Source: Octopus vulgaris (Eukaryota). From it: a stretch of 64,000 bases of DNA. Within the stretch, counting starts at the first letter, position 1; every line of letters starts with the position of its first letter. Both the position numbers and the translations under genes were made by a program. The DNA lies in assembly GCA_951406725.2 (NCBI GenBank), contig OX597819.1, positions 11,532,001 through 11,596,000 of the forward strand, written 5' to 3'. Positions 27,661-42,532 of this stretch are shown in pieces. The notes under the pieces are model-generated. The model was not told the DNA's origin. It did not search any database and saw only the letters and a program-made list of their open reading frames with translations.

Positions 27661-28694
27661 ATATAACTTTATCTACCCCTATTCAACCTTTGTCCACCCC
27701 TATACTACTTCTGTCCCTATATTATATCTACTCCAGTACTATATCTACCCTTAATACTATGTCTACCATACCTCTCTAAACTAATGACATTAACATTACA
27801 CACACACACACGCACACATACAACTTCCATATACACTTCCACCCTCACACCTCATCCATATCACTCTATTATATCCAGTGCGACCAAAATACCACCCCTA
27901 ATTGCATTAAACCACCCTCATATCACCCTGATTCCACTCCTGTAATACGTCATTTATTTCATTGTTTTCTTTCACAATTTTCACATCTGGACTTTTTCTT
28001 CGAATATAAATTTCACAGAAAGACACCAAAACACATATATATATACACGTGTTTGCAAGTGTGTGTATGTATACATATGTGTGTATACATACACACTTAC
28101 ACACAAACACTTCTATACACAAACGCATAACACATGTACACATACGTAAATGTCCTTGCAAGCACATAAACGTATATATATGTATAAATAGGTTCTTACG
28201 TAGAGATGAGCACACGTGCACACACATACACATTGCCACAGGGTATTGCAACAACCATCATAACAAACACCTACAACAACAACAACATCAACCACCACTA
28301 CAGCAACAACCTCTTCTACCACATCTTATACTTCCTCACACACACACATATGTACATATACAGAACAATACACAATACAACGTAAATACATTCAAACACA
28401 CACGCACACACGTACACACACACACACACACACACACACATGCACACATGCACATATGCACACATACAGAACTCCATATCTCTGACCCAGTGTAACCAGA
28501 CTTAATACGAGCAGCAGCAGTAGCAGCAGCAGCAGCAGTAGAGTGGATGAAGGAATCGTGTCAACTGAAATGTTAAGTGAGGAGTGGTGACAGTCACGGA
28601 TGTAATGGCTTCGTGCTGGGTAACTCTCTTCTACTTTCATTTATAAACCTTCGCTAACACGCACCGAGCCTCTCTCTTTCTACAAATTCGAACG

Positions 28695-28732
<38 letters not shown>

Positions 28733-28750
28733 CACACACACGCACGCACA

Positions 28751-28820
<70 letters not shown>

Positions 28821-29907
28821 CTCTCTCATCTCTGTTTCTCTGTCTATACCTCTCACGCGCGAGCTCATTTTGTCTGTGTGTCTCTCTTTTTCTCTCCTTC
28901 ACACAAACGCACTCTCTCTCTCTCTCTCTCTTTCTCTGTCTATATCTCTCTCACGCGCGAGCTTATCTGTCTGTCCGTCTTCTTTTTTCTCTCTCTCCTT
29001 CTCTCCTTCACACACATACGCACACACTTACGCACACACACACACACACATACACACACTTTCTCTCTCTCTTTCTCTGTCTTTATCTTTCTCACGCCCG
29101 AGTTCATTCTCTCTGTCTCTCTCCCTTTTCTCTCTCCTTCTCTCCTTCACACCACACACACACACACACACAAAATAACAAGACACATACGAACCTCACC
29201 GAGTACGCCATAATTAATGTCAGCAAGGTATTTTCACTAAAAGTGCTCAACAAATTGTTCATATAAATTATAACTATGTCGGGCAATGACATAAAAGTCT
29301 TTACAATCGAAAACTAAACGAAAATTGCTAACAAGGTATAGACAAAATTATGGCCCTGGGGTTTAGTAATTCGCTTCGCAAACCTGGTAGTCTGTCTTTG
29401 ATCTGGATCTTTTTGAAATTCCTCCAGCCAATTAAAATACTTCAATTTTTCACCACTTTCTACACTGACGTAGTTTTTGTTATAAATTTTGTTATGCTAA
29501 TTTCTACGAAAAATGAATGTGATTTTCATCAACATGCAGAACTATATCAGAGTAAAAGATTTGAGAAAAAATCTTGTGAAAATTTAAAACACTTCAAGTG
29601 GCTGGAAGAATGTTAAGAAGTTCCTTTGATCTCACTGACTGCCATCTTGGATAGTAAATATCTATTCACTGTGAATTCATTATTCACTGCCAGAAAGATT
29701 GAATCTTGTGAAGGAAATGGCTAACAGGAAACTTTGTCGAATCCCGTCAATAAACTTCACTTGTAATTCACAGGGCCAACCGTAAATTTGCAAAACGCTG
29801 GTTTTACTTAAAAATTACGGTAAGGTTACACACTTGGTCTTCACGTGTTTATCCACTCCATACAATAATCCAATGACTGGGGAATTCTTTTGAACGTTGA
29901 ACTGGAC

Positions 29908-29961
<54 letters not shown>

Positions 29962-30196
29962 GCCGTTCTCCCGCCTTCTCTTCTATCTGCAACCCACACA
30001 TGACCAGTGACTGATTTTCTATCTTGTGCCTTTTTGCCACCGCACGCCTAACATGCTGGTCTACCTTTTTTTCTCTTCTCAATTCTGTTCTTTTTTTTTT
30101 CTTTTCTCAATTCTGTTCTTTATATCCATTTGAGAATTTCTCCCAGGCGTTAATCCACCATTCTCGTGTTTGATCCCCAAGGCTATATATATTTAT

Positions 30197-30594
30197 TTAT
30201 TCTTTTACTTGTTTCAGTCATTTGACTGCGGCCATGCTGGAGCACCGCCTTTAGTCGAACAAATCGACCCCAGGACTTATTCTTTGTAAGCCTAGTACTT
30301 ATTATATCGGTCGCTACGTTACGGGGACGTAAACACACCAGCATCGGTTGTCAAGCGACGTTAGGGGGACAAACACAGGCACACAAATACACACACACAC
30401 ACACACACACACATACACACACACACATAAATACGACGGGCTTCTTTCAGTTTCTGTCTACCAAATCCACTCACAAGGCTTTGGTCGGCCCAATGCTATA
30501 GTAGAAGAGACTTGCCCAAGGTGCCACGCAGTGGGACTGAACCCAGAACCATGTGGTTGGTAACCAAGCTACTTACCACACAGCCACTCCTACG
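30197..30594 (-). mobile_element. SINE family A
   Basis: Reverse-complement match. Confidence 0.9.
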
Positions 30595-30831
30595 TCTTAT
30601 TTATTTATCGTTTTAAATTACTGTTGTTTACTTTCGTACATCCAGCTTGTATTATCATGTTTGCTTAATCCGTAATTCTCAGCGGATCTTGCGGGTGCCG
30701 CCGATATACGAAGTTCCAAGTCTTATCGTTAAAGGCACGAAACTAGGTATGAATGTACATATTATGTACATATGCATGTACGTATTATGTAATATAAATA
30801 ATAATATAATAATATAAATAATTACGGAGAT

Positions 30832-30969
30832 GTACTCGCATAGCAAGTAATATCACCGTGACCGTGACCGACCAGGCCATCGGATGTTGTTACACATCGC
30901 TGGTCACAATGCGCTTCGCATTGTTTTAGCCTTCAAATGACGTCACCCCGCTGGCTAAGCGAGCAGGCC

Positions 30970-30970
<1 letters not shown>
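30832..30970. repeat. Unclassified interspersed repeat fragment
   Basis: ACATCGCTGGTCACAATGCGCTT is shared with ~61990-62050. Confidence 0.55.
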
Positions 30971-31018
<48 letters not shown>

Positions 31019-31089
31019 TAATAATAATATAAGTAATATAAATAATATATATGTGTGTATATATGTGTGTATGTTTGTGCGCGCGGGCG

Positions 31090-31610
31090 CGTGTATCTAT
31101 ACATATATGGGTACAGGACGTCACCAAATGTGTAAATAACATGAAGTACGAAAACAAGCGAGTTAAATACGTAAACAACGAGAGACAAAATGGAAAACAT
31201 GACAAGTAAACCGAAACCGACCCTTCATCAGTTGTCGGCTGTCTATCTACTCCTCATTTCGAGCATTCGAGCATTCGAGCATTCAACGACAATATGAGTC
31301 TTCGAAGACAGTTGCTCCCCATAAATTCCAAAATAAAATTTTGGATTTATGGAGGGTCAATGTTGGGAGCAAAAAAAAGGACAGTGGAGACATACAAGGA
31401 AACCGAACGAAAACAAACAAACCTGGAGGGTCGTTAGACCAGAATGACAGGAAAACAGTGAACGCTGGGAGAAGTATTTTCTTTGGAAAGAGAAAAGATA
31501 GGAGAGACAGAAGACGTCCAGGCCTTAGAACGTTGTGCAGGAAAGGAAAGATGGTCACTTGGAGAAAAGAAAGATGGACGATGGTCACGTGTGAGCAACG
31601 AGAGAGAGAG
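31090..31610 (-). mobile_element. Short PLE-like element carrying GAAA...CTGATGA motifs
   Basis: Minus strand GAGCA..TGCTC-GAAA...ACAA-CTGATGAAGGG followed by a T-rich tail; similar block at 56785-56830. Confidence 0.45.
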
Positions 31611-32044
31611 AGAGAGAAAAAAAAGAGAAAGATAGGGAGAGAGACAGAAAGATAGAAAACGATGAAGGGGAGGTATGTATGTGTTTGTAGTGCGCTACAA
31701 AGTCTTTCTGCTGTTTGTCGCATCGCAAACAATATAACAAGTAATGTAGAGTAGCCAACAGGTCTGTATCCAAAGAGAGACGTTTTAAAGTTTCATATAC
31801 GTTAACGCACACATAACCATACACACACACACTCACTCACACATACTCATATACACACATATACATACTCATATATATATATATATGCGACATATATACA
31901 TACATATGTGTATGTGTGTCTCGGTGTGTATGGGGGTGTGCGCGTGCGCGTGTGCATATATATGCGTTTGCGTGTGTGTTTGTGTGCGTGTGTATGTATG
32001 TATATTTTTGTATATATCAAAATGTATTCACATAAATAAGTACA

Positions 32045-32088
<44 letters not shown>

Positions 32089-32090
<2 letters not shown>

Positions 32091-32240
32091 GGAGTAAACA
32101 CATAAATGTGAAACAAGGTGGAAAAAAAAGAGTACTCAAATACCAGTGGTAGAGTAATATACTTTATTTAAAGCAGCAGAAAATTCAACAAAACCTGTTA
32201 CTCTGAGTTTCACGTTCCCGTTCGTCGGACAGTTTTTGCT
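32089..32240 (-). mobile_element. Microsatellite-embedded element with minimal hammerhead (32190-32237)
   Basis: aaaactgt-CCGACGA-ACG ggaa CGT-GAAA-CTCAGA-GTA-acaggtttt; AATAAA downstream. Confidence 0.75.
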
Positions 32241-32252
32241 ATAGATAGATAG

Positions 32253-32341
<89 letters not shown>

Positions 32342-32383
32342 GATAGACAGGTACATAGATAGATAGAAAGATAGATAGACAGG

Positions 32384-32419
<36 letters not shown>

Positions 32420-32420
32420 C

Positions 32421-32463
<43 letters not shown>

Positions 32464-32501
32464 CAGGTAGATAGATAGATAGATAGATAGATATATAGAT
32501 T

Positions 32502-32588
<87 letters not shown>

Positions 32589-32600
32589 GGATAGATAGAT
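32241..32600. repeat. (GATA)n microsatellite
   Basis: Directly visible. Confidence 0.95.
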
Positions 32601-32710
32601 ATGCATTTAAATGTGTAAGTGTATGTTTGTGTATAGATATATAGGTAGATAAGTTACGTATATGACCATGAATCGAGATTGCATTTGTAAGATTTATGCC
32701 TGAGTGTATG

Positions 32711-32786
<76 letters not shown>

Positions 32787-33304
32787 CGCGCGTGCGTGCG
32801 CGCGTGCGTGTTGGTCTGTGTGTGTCAAAATAAATATTTATGTATCCCACGCACCGGTGCGATAAATGAAATCAAGTGTTTGACCTTCATTGATGTGAGG
32901 TGTGTATCAATTGTCCAACAGCCCTATTCACTGCACAGCCAGGAGAAAACGCACCCATCACCCTCCAGATTTTCACAAGCGACATGTCGGATGGGAAACA
33001 ACTCAATACAAGAATCGAACACCGCTCTCACGCTTGGATCTTAGCATTGAATCAGCAGAACTCTATACACAAACACACACGCACACACGCACACGCACAC
33101 ACATACACATACGTATGAATGTATATATGTGTATACATATGCATACAAAAATACCCTTTTGCATTTGCATATATATGTTTTTATATGAATGGGTAACTCT
33201 TACACACACCTTTATATCTACACATACACACACATGTACGCACATACACACACGCCTGTGCGCACAAATACACAGACTTTTATATTCATATATATATATA
33301 TATA

Positions 33305-33603
33305 TTCTTTCATTCTTTTGTTTGTTTCAGTCATTTGACAGCGGCCATGCTGGAGCATTGCCTTTTGTCGAGCAAATCGACCCCAGGGCTTATTCTTTGT
33401 AAGCCTAGTACTTATTCTATCGGTTCTCTTTCACCGAACCGCTAAGTTACGGGGACGTAAACACATCACAAATCCATTCACAAGGCTTTGGTCGTCCAGA
33501 GGCTACAGTAGAAAACACTAACTCAAGGTGCCACGCAGTGGGACTGAACCCGGAACCATGTGGTTGGTAAGCAAGCTACTTACCACACAGCCACTCCTGC
33601 GCC
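33305..33603 (-). mobile_element. SINE family A, internally deleted
   Basis: Reverse-complement match. Confidence 0.85.
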
Positions 33604-33611
33604 TATAATAT

Positions 33612-33949
33612 ATGGAGGAGACCCACTTCAGTAATGGAATGACCATGGGATTGCCCGGACTTGTTCCACGGTGCACAAATCTGGGCAAGGTTGTTTGTGG
33701 AAGGCCAGCAGTCGCCCATGCATACCAGCCCTCTCTTCTCCACACCACAAATGTTATCCAAAGCAAAAGCAAGGGCCGATACAGCTTGGCACCATTGATG
33801 TCGCAACTCATTTCAACAGCTGAGTGAACTGAAGCAACGAGAAATAAAGTGCCTTGCTCAAGAACACAACACGCAGCCCGGTCCGGGAATCGAATTCACA
33901 ACCTCACGATCGTAAGCTCGACGCTGTATCCACTGAGCCATGCACCTTC
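33612..33949 (-). mobile_element. tRNA-derived SINE (third family)
   Basis: Head GGTGCATGGCTCAGTGG...AATTCGATTCCCGG followed by CTTGAGCAAGGCACTT. Confidence 0.75.
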
Positions 33950-34006
33950 ACTATAATATATATATATATATATACATACATATATATATATATACATATA
34001 CATGCA

Positions 34007-34087
<81 letters not shown>

Positions 34088-34503
34088 CCATATGTATGTA
34101 TGTTATGTGTGCATATATTTGCGTATGTATTTATATGTATGTATGTTTGCATGTACATACCTATGTATATAATGGAGTATTGAAAAAGGGATGGTTGGAA
34201 CTCGCTCGGTTTCTTTAAAATTCTCCAAATAAACGGCTTATATTTCTCTCAATGTTTCGAGTGTCACTGGCTCATCTTTTGGTCATCGTAACATCGCCTT
34301 GATTCTTGTCAGACATGCATACCAACAGTCTGTTGCGTCACGTGTTTTTCGTAACACGTGACACCTCGAGTAACAATTCGATGTGATAGGTCATATTTTG
34401 CTTCAGTTTGACCTTTCATTGTTGTATTTTCTCTGTTTATTTATTGGGTGCGGGATTGCTTGTTTGTATTAGAAAGTATTTTAAGATTATTCTACGTTGA
34501 ATG

Positions 34504-34539
<36 letters not shown>

Positions 34540-35040
34540 ACACAGACTGACAGTCACGTCAATAAAACTATATATTGTCGGCAAATTTATTACAATTTCA
34601 GCTGGCGAATATCTACAAAAGGACCCACCCAAATACTCATCATTGCTTTGTTTACTGTTAAAAGGTCCTATTGACACTGTGCTCCAGTATTTCTTTCATT
34701 ATCCAGCAATGAAACGTCCACTTATACTATAAATTATCCGCAACAAATTATATGGCATTAAAGCTGCAGTAAAGTAATACAGTTTCGATAACACGGAAAG
34801 ACATTTATGAGTTTCTGACGTTTCCCTTCTTTAGTTAAGAAGCAATCTTGAAAAATAGGATACAACATGAAAGATACCTCACAAATATTTTAAATATGTT
34901 AGCAATATACGATAGAGATTGGAGTCGAGATTATTGGGTATTTAGAAGAATTTAAATTGTACAGCTGGGACGTAATACAAAAATAGGTGAATACAATAAA
35001 ATTGTAAATAGGTGTAAACTACTTTTTCTTTTATTTCTTT

Positions 35041-35349
<309 letters not shown>

Positions 35350-35644
35350 CGACGGGTTCCGGTTTCACTCCCATTGAGCGGCAACTTAGGCATGTCACTT
35401 CAAATATAGCTCCCGGGTGGACTAATGGCTTGTGGGTAAAGTTGATAAACGGGAACACCGCGGAAGGCCGTCATGTGTGAATGTGTGTGCGCGTTTGTGT
35501 GTGTCTACGCATCTTTGTATGTCTATATGTATACTTTAGCACACGCACCTATGCGTGTATCCTAAACACATTCGCATATGTACGCATATATAGCAGGCAC
35601 TAACGCACACATGTTTGCACGGGTACACACACACACACACACAC

Positions 35645-35681
<37 letters not shown>

Positions 35682-36014
35682 ATTAGCGCACACATACCCA
35701 TATTTATGCACCTATACGTCTCGAATTCCCACGCACACACTCACCGGTCTTGCTTCTGCCAGCTTGCCAGATGCCAAGACACCATCAGTTCCCTGTCCAA
35801 CCATGCGGTACCAAAAATTCTTTCTAATGCATCTGGAGTCACTGGAATGCCGATCTCCCCTTGAACAACACCATGTGGCCCGCCCTGACCAATAGCATCC
35901 CATGTTCCAGTAGCCATCTGGGACTTCCTGTACTTCTTCATTCGGTAGTCTACGCCTGAATGAGCCAGGTTTCTGTTAGAAGTCTGCGAAACTTTATGTA
36001 GCTTAGAGCCGATT

Positions 36015-36173
36015 GAGTGGCTGTGTGGTAAGTAGCTTGCTTACCAACCACATGGTCCTGGGTTCAGTCCCACTGCGGGGCACTTTGGACAAGTGTCTTC
36101 TCCTATAGCTTTGGGCTGACCAATGCCTTGTGAGTGGATTTGGTAGACGGAAACTGGAAGAAGTCCGCCGTAC

Positions 36174-36226
<53 letters not shown>

Positions 36227-36463
36227 GGTGTGTGTGTGTGTATTTGTTTGTGTGTTTGTCCCCCACCCCCAACATCGCTTGACAACCGATGCTGGTGTGT
36301 TTACGTCCCCGTAACTTAGCGGTTAGGCAAAAGTGACCGATACAATAAGTACTAGGCTTACAAAGAATAAGCTCTGGGGTCGATTTGCTTGACTAAAGGC
36401 GGTGCTCCAGCATAGCCGCAGTCAAAAGACTGAAACAAGTAAAAGAATAAAAGAATAAAAGAA
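36015..36463 (+). mobile_element. SINE family A
   Basis: Match to family A. Confidence 0.9.
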
Positions 36464-36478
36464 TACATATATATATTC

Positions 36479-36549
<71 letters not shown>

Positions 36550-37051
36550 AAAGAAAGATTCCTTCCTTAACGTAGTTGTACCAGATAAATGCCTGGACAA
36601 GACAGCTCCAGTTCTTCTGAATATCTTTGTCCAAGAACCCTCTCGAAGATGTAGAGTCCAATCGTATGACTGAGACCGCCTTAGTTGATGTCATATCTTA
36701 TAAACACATCAAATAGTCTTGGTCTATGTCACAAGAAGTGCTGCTGCGCGCTCTGTTGCATCAAGTGGTAGCGTGAGCTACGTCACATCGTGTTGGTGTG
36801 AGTTCTGTCATGTCATGTTGCGACCTGTCATATCAAGTGGTCATATGATCTCTACCACATTCTTGTGACTCTCATCACATTCAATGGTTTAAGTGACTTT
36901 AGAATGTTCCTTGCAAAAATATATGTAACACTTTGAAAGATTTACTGCTTGTCTTGTGTGTGATGATCGATGAAACACGAGTTTCTTAAAGGGTTTCTGT
37001 GTATATTCCGAAAGGCAGACACACAGCCAGACAGATCGACAGACAGACAAG

Positions 37052-37683
<632 letters not shown>

Positions 37684-38070
37684 TTAGAACTGCAATTGAC
37701 AGAACCGTCAGCAGTTCGTATCACGTCACGCGTTTTGTTACTTCCTGTTATGCTATCGTCCAAATTCTTAATGCTAAATGACTGATATGTTACTAATTTT
37801 AATTTGGCTGCTTAAACACACACACACACACACACGTACGCATGTATGTATGTATGTATGTATGTATGTATGTATGTATGTATGTATGTATGTATGTATG
37901 CGTGTATGTATGTATGTATGTATGTATGTATGTATGTATGTATGTATCACGTCACGTGGGTTCAATCATGTAACGGCGAAATAAATTATAAACCCACAAA
38001 CGGAAACATATACGCATGTGTGTGCGCATTTATAAATATACTTTTAGTCAAGTTTTAAGACACACACACG

Positions 38071-38109
<39 letters not shown>

Positions 38110-38118
38110 ATATATCTG

Positions 38119-38153
<35 letters not shown>

Positions 38154-38596
38154 TTGTGTGCGTGTACAAACACATATACACACACATACACACGCATACA
38201 TACATACACACACATATACTCAACACTATTATACATATTGTATAATAGATACAGACATATACTTACATAAGCATTTTACCGTCAGCAGCGACATGGTGAA
38301 TGTCTTGTCCAAATATAAAGCACAAAATGAAAAGAAAACATAATTAAACGAGATTTCTAGTGAAAACAATGCCTGAAATAGATGCCATCCAATGTAAATA
38401 TCATTTGCTGTCGTTGTTGTCAGTCGACATGACATCCTGTCTTCAAAAACACTGATAAATAGCAGGTTGTCCGTTGAGGGAATTCATTGAAAGCAGACGT
38501 GAGTTGTGGAAGCGAAACTGTGGCTACCCACTTCGTACGGAGCTAGTCCCACGAACAGACTAATTACTGTAAGAGAATAAAGAACATAAATGTATA

Positions 38597-38644
<48 letters not shown>

Positions 38645-38819
38645 TGTATGTATGCGTGAGTGTTTTTGTGTGTATATCTATGCATATTTTTCTACTTATA
38701 TATATTGTTTCTCCAATATTCTATTCAAGTAGATTAGTCCGGCATTCCTTGGTTGCCTTGGAACAGCAGTACATTGGAAATACTTAGAAAAGTTCTTCAC
38801 ATAGAAGAAAAGTTCTTCA

Positions 38820-39225
38820 CGCAGGAGTGGCTGTGTGGTAAGTAGCTTGCTAACCAACCACATGGTTCCGGGTTCAGTCCCACTGCGTGGCATCTTGGGC
38901 AAGTGTCTTCTGCTATAGCCCCGGGCCGACCAATGGCTTGTGAGTGGATTTGGTAGACGGAAACTGAAAGAAGCCTGTCGTATATATGTATATATATATA
39001 GGTGTGTGTGTTTGTATGTTTGTGTGTCTGTGTTTGTCCCCCTAGCATTGCTTGACAACCGATGCTGGTGTGTTTACGTCCCCGTCACTTAGCGGTTCGG
39101 CAAAAGTGACCGATAGAATAAGTACTGGGCTTACAAAGAATAAGTCCCGGGGTCGATTTGCTCGACTAAAAAAATGCGGTGCTCCAGCATGGCCGCAGTC
39201 AAATGACTGAAACAAGTAAAAGAGT
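38820..39225 (+). mobile_element. SINE family A
   Basis: Match to family A. Confidence 0.9.
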
Positions 39226-39659
39226 ACATATTCTGAAAATGTTTTATTAGTTTCGATGCTGTGTAGTATTACGTACGTGCTCTCCCTTCGCTATACAATG
39301 GCTGTCGTCTGAGTGATACGATGACATTCAAAACCTGTTTGGTCTGACCATATATGCCTGTCTCCATCCCTTCCTTAAATCTAGATCCTGCCAACGTTAC
39401 TGTTGATATGGAAGTTACCCGTGGTATTTGGTATTTGGTATTTGGTGTTTGGTATCGTCCTAGCCTTGGCGTCCATGTTACACATCTTCCAAATGACGAT
39501 AACAACACTGGAAAAGCATTGTGGGATACGGTCCCACATAATGTGTCAGCTGAAGTATTCTTCATTCTAGAATAAGTGTGGATATATGTTATCGTATATG
39601 TGTGTGTATGTGTGCATATATATGGATGTATGTATATTTATATCTATCTGTCTATCTAA

Positions 39660-39715
<56 letters not shown>

Positions 39716-39770
39716 AGTGAATTGAAGAAATAGAGTTGAACGAAGATTGAACAGAAATCGTTTTATTGCA

Positions 39771-39850
39771 TTCTACACGTGTTTCGAAAGCCACAATTTA
39801 CCAAATTCCGATTGAATAAGGAGACCATATTGTGTCTTTCTCTTCAGGAA
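39771..39850 (-). ncRNA. Type-I hammerhead ribozyme, intact core (left arm)
   Basis: Reverse complement of the 39947-40026 motif. Confidence 0.8.
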
Positions 39851-39946
39851 GAAATAGGAATTCCCATGGGCTCTTAGGAGCCTCGTTCGATTTGTTTTGC
39901 TGCGCCTCTGTTCTGTTTTTGTTTTTGCCAACGGAATTCCTATTTC

Positions 39947-40026
39947 TTCCTGAAGAGAAAGACACAATATGGTCTCCTTATTCAATCGGAATTTGGTAAA
40001 TTGTGGCTTTCGAAACACGTGTAGAA
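39947..40026 (+). ncRNA. Type-I hammerhead ribozyme, intact core (right arm)
   Basis: ttc-CTGAAGA-gaaagacacaat...attgtggctttc-GAAA-CACGT-GTA|gaa; stem III palindrome ACACGTGT. Confidence 0.8.
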
Positions 40027-40238
40027 TGCAATAAAACGATTTCTGTTCAATCTTCGTTCAACTCCATTTCTTCAATTCACTAATAATATTAAAATTCAAT
40101 TATCCGCACCAACGCACGGTTGCAACACCATATGGTTGTACCTCCAACCGTGCTGTCTTCTGCTGTGATTTTTGCTACCAAGGTATCGGTTAAACTTTTG
40201 ATTAATCTGCAACAAGATTATTCATCTTTCTATTTCAC

Positions 40239-40320
<82 letters not shown>

Positions 40321-40430
40321 TATATTAAATTAGAGATATTTTATCTCTAATTTAATATAATATATATTTATACTATAAAATTGGATTTAATCCTAAATCT
40401 AATTTTTCCCTGTAAGTTTGGATTTACTCT

Positions 40431-40483
<53 letters not shown>

Positions 40484-40485
<2 letters not shown>

Positions 40486-40643
40486 CCAGGAGTGGCTATG
40501 TAGTTACTAGCTTGCTTACCAACCACATAGCTCTGCGTTCAGTCCCTTTGTGTGGCACCTTGAGTAAGTGTCTTCTACTGTAGCCTCGGGCCGACCAAAG
40601 CCTTGTGAGTGGATTTGGTAGACGGAAACTGAAAGAAGCCCGT

Positions 40644-40710
<67 letters not shown>

Positions 40711-40715
40711 GTATG

Positions 40716-40746
<31 letters not shown>

Positions 40747-40950
40747 GTATGTATGTATGTATGTATGTATGTATGTATGTTTGTAGGTATGTTTGTGTAT
40801 CTGTGTTTGTCTCCCCCAACATCCCCTGACAACCAATGCTGGTGTGTTAACGTCCCCGTAACCTAACGGGTCGACAAAAGAGACTGGTGGAATAAGTACT
40901 AGGCTTACAAAGAGTAAGTCTTGCTCGACTACAGGCAGTGCTCCAGCATG
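40484..40950 (+). mobile_element. SINE family A
   Basis: Diverged match. Confidence 0.85.
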
Positions 40951-41175
40951 TGTATTTTCAGTGTGAAATATTTTTGTAAAACTGTCGTATGTGAGACTTA
41001 CTATACTTTTGAAACATACTAAACCATTGCACTACACTTTGACAATTTTCATCTCAAAGCAGATGGAGATACGATAGTTTGACCAAAAGCACCGGCTATT
41101 GCAAGCAAAATTAAATTTTGAAAAAAATACGCATTTCAGCAAATTTGGACATACGACAGTTTAACGTAATAGCAA

Positions 41176-41346
<171 letters not shown>

Positions 41347-41376
41347 CTGTGTATATATATATAGGTATATATATAT

Positions 41377-41464
<88 letters not shown>

Positions 41465-41484
41465 ATATAAATGTATATATATAT

Positions 41485-41905
41485 AATGATGACTGCCCCC
41501 TCGTTATCGAGTATGGCCATTGCACGAAACTTAACTGTTATTGGTGCTATGATCGAATGTGACTTTTATTTGCTTTTTAAGGCTACAGCCAGCCATTCAG
41601 TTGAGACTCACAGCACCATCAACAATCATGAACAATGTTGTTATCGTGCAATGCCTGTGCAAGAAGATTTTTTTAAAGTGAGGAAAGGCTGTGCACTGAG
41701 TCAATCCCACTCACTAAGCAACAGCAGCCATAATCCGAAAAGAAGAACAAGTCAACATCATCGGTAACCACTGAGTCGCAGGTTTTATGTCGGAGTTATC
41801 CCAGTTACCTGAGTTACCTTCTCCTAGAAGGAGGCCCTAACAAAGGTTAGGAGTCCTTCACTCCCAATGCTTTAACCACGCGATCGGGTATTTAGTCCGA
41901 TTATT
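41485..41905 (-). mobile_element. Non-autonomous bipartite RTE derivative (5' UTR joined to 3' end)
   Basis: 5' CCTTTGTTAGG..CTAGGAGAAGGTAACTC is RTE 5'UTR-like; 3' AGTCACATTCGA and the CTCG..CGAG hairpin resemble the RTE end at 54245-54340. Confidence 0.55.
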
Positions 41906-41967
41906 TCTATGTCCCCGCGCATGATACAGCCTTAAGCCTTAAAAAAAAATTACACATTTGTGCGGGA

Positions 41968-42184
<217 letters not shown>

Positions 42185-42431
42185 TATATATATACATATA
42201 TATAATTAATCAATATAGGGTGGCAAAAAATTTCGTAGAATTTTTTTGCCACCAGCGGTCTAGTGGGAAAAAATTAAATAGTCATAGACCATTTATAAAT
42301 TCAACATCACAATCAAGGAACGGCCATAATAGGCCATTCACCCACTAGAAATAACAGCCAAAGCTTCAACCGCAAAACAACATTAATTCCGCAAACCAGG
42401 AGAAAATTAAAAAAACATTTACCCTGTAGTT

Positions 42432-42532
42432 TCTTATACGATGCACCGTTTCATCTATTGTTTAATGGCAAACTAACCTGATTAAATTAAATCAAGCTAG
42501 TCTTCCATAGGCCGATAGATTCGTCAGTAAGA
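42432..42532 (-). ncRNA. Type-I hammerhead ribozyme, intact core
   Basis: tctta-CTGACGA-atctat...atagat-GAAA-CGGTGCATC-GTA|taaga. Confidence 0.8.

Larger units (their letters stand above)
39710..40241. mobile_element. Penelope-like pLTR element with ~155-bp inverted repeat, between (TA)n tracts
   Basis: Arms 39710-39864 and 39933-40088 are nearly identical, followed by a unique tail. Confidence 0.8.

Noticed and set aside
34245-34320. Minus-strand CTGACAA...CGAAAC motif
   Set aside because: No pairing for stem I or stem II.
35745-35990. CR1/L2-like 3' remnants here and at ~39270-39570
   Set aside because: Only faint motif resemblance; cannot be supported without a search.
42421-42445. miR-10-like start ACCCTGTAG
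   Set aside because: The match stops after 9 nt and lies inside the HHR element.
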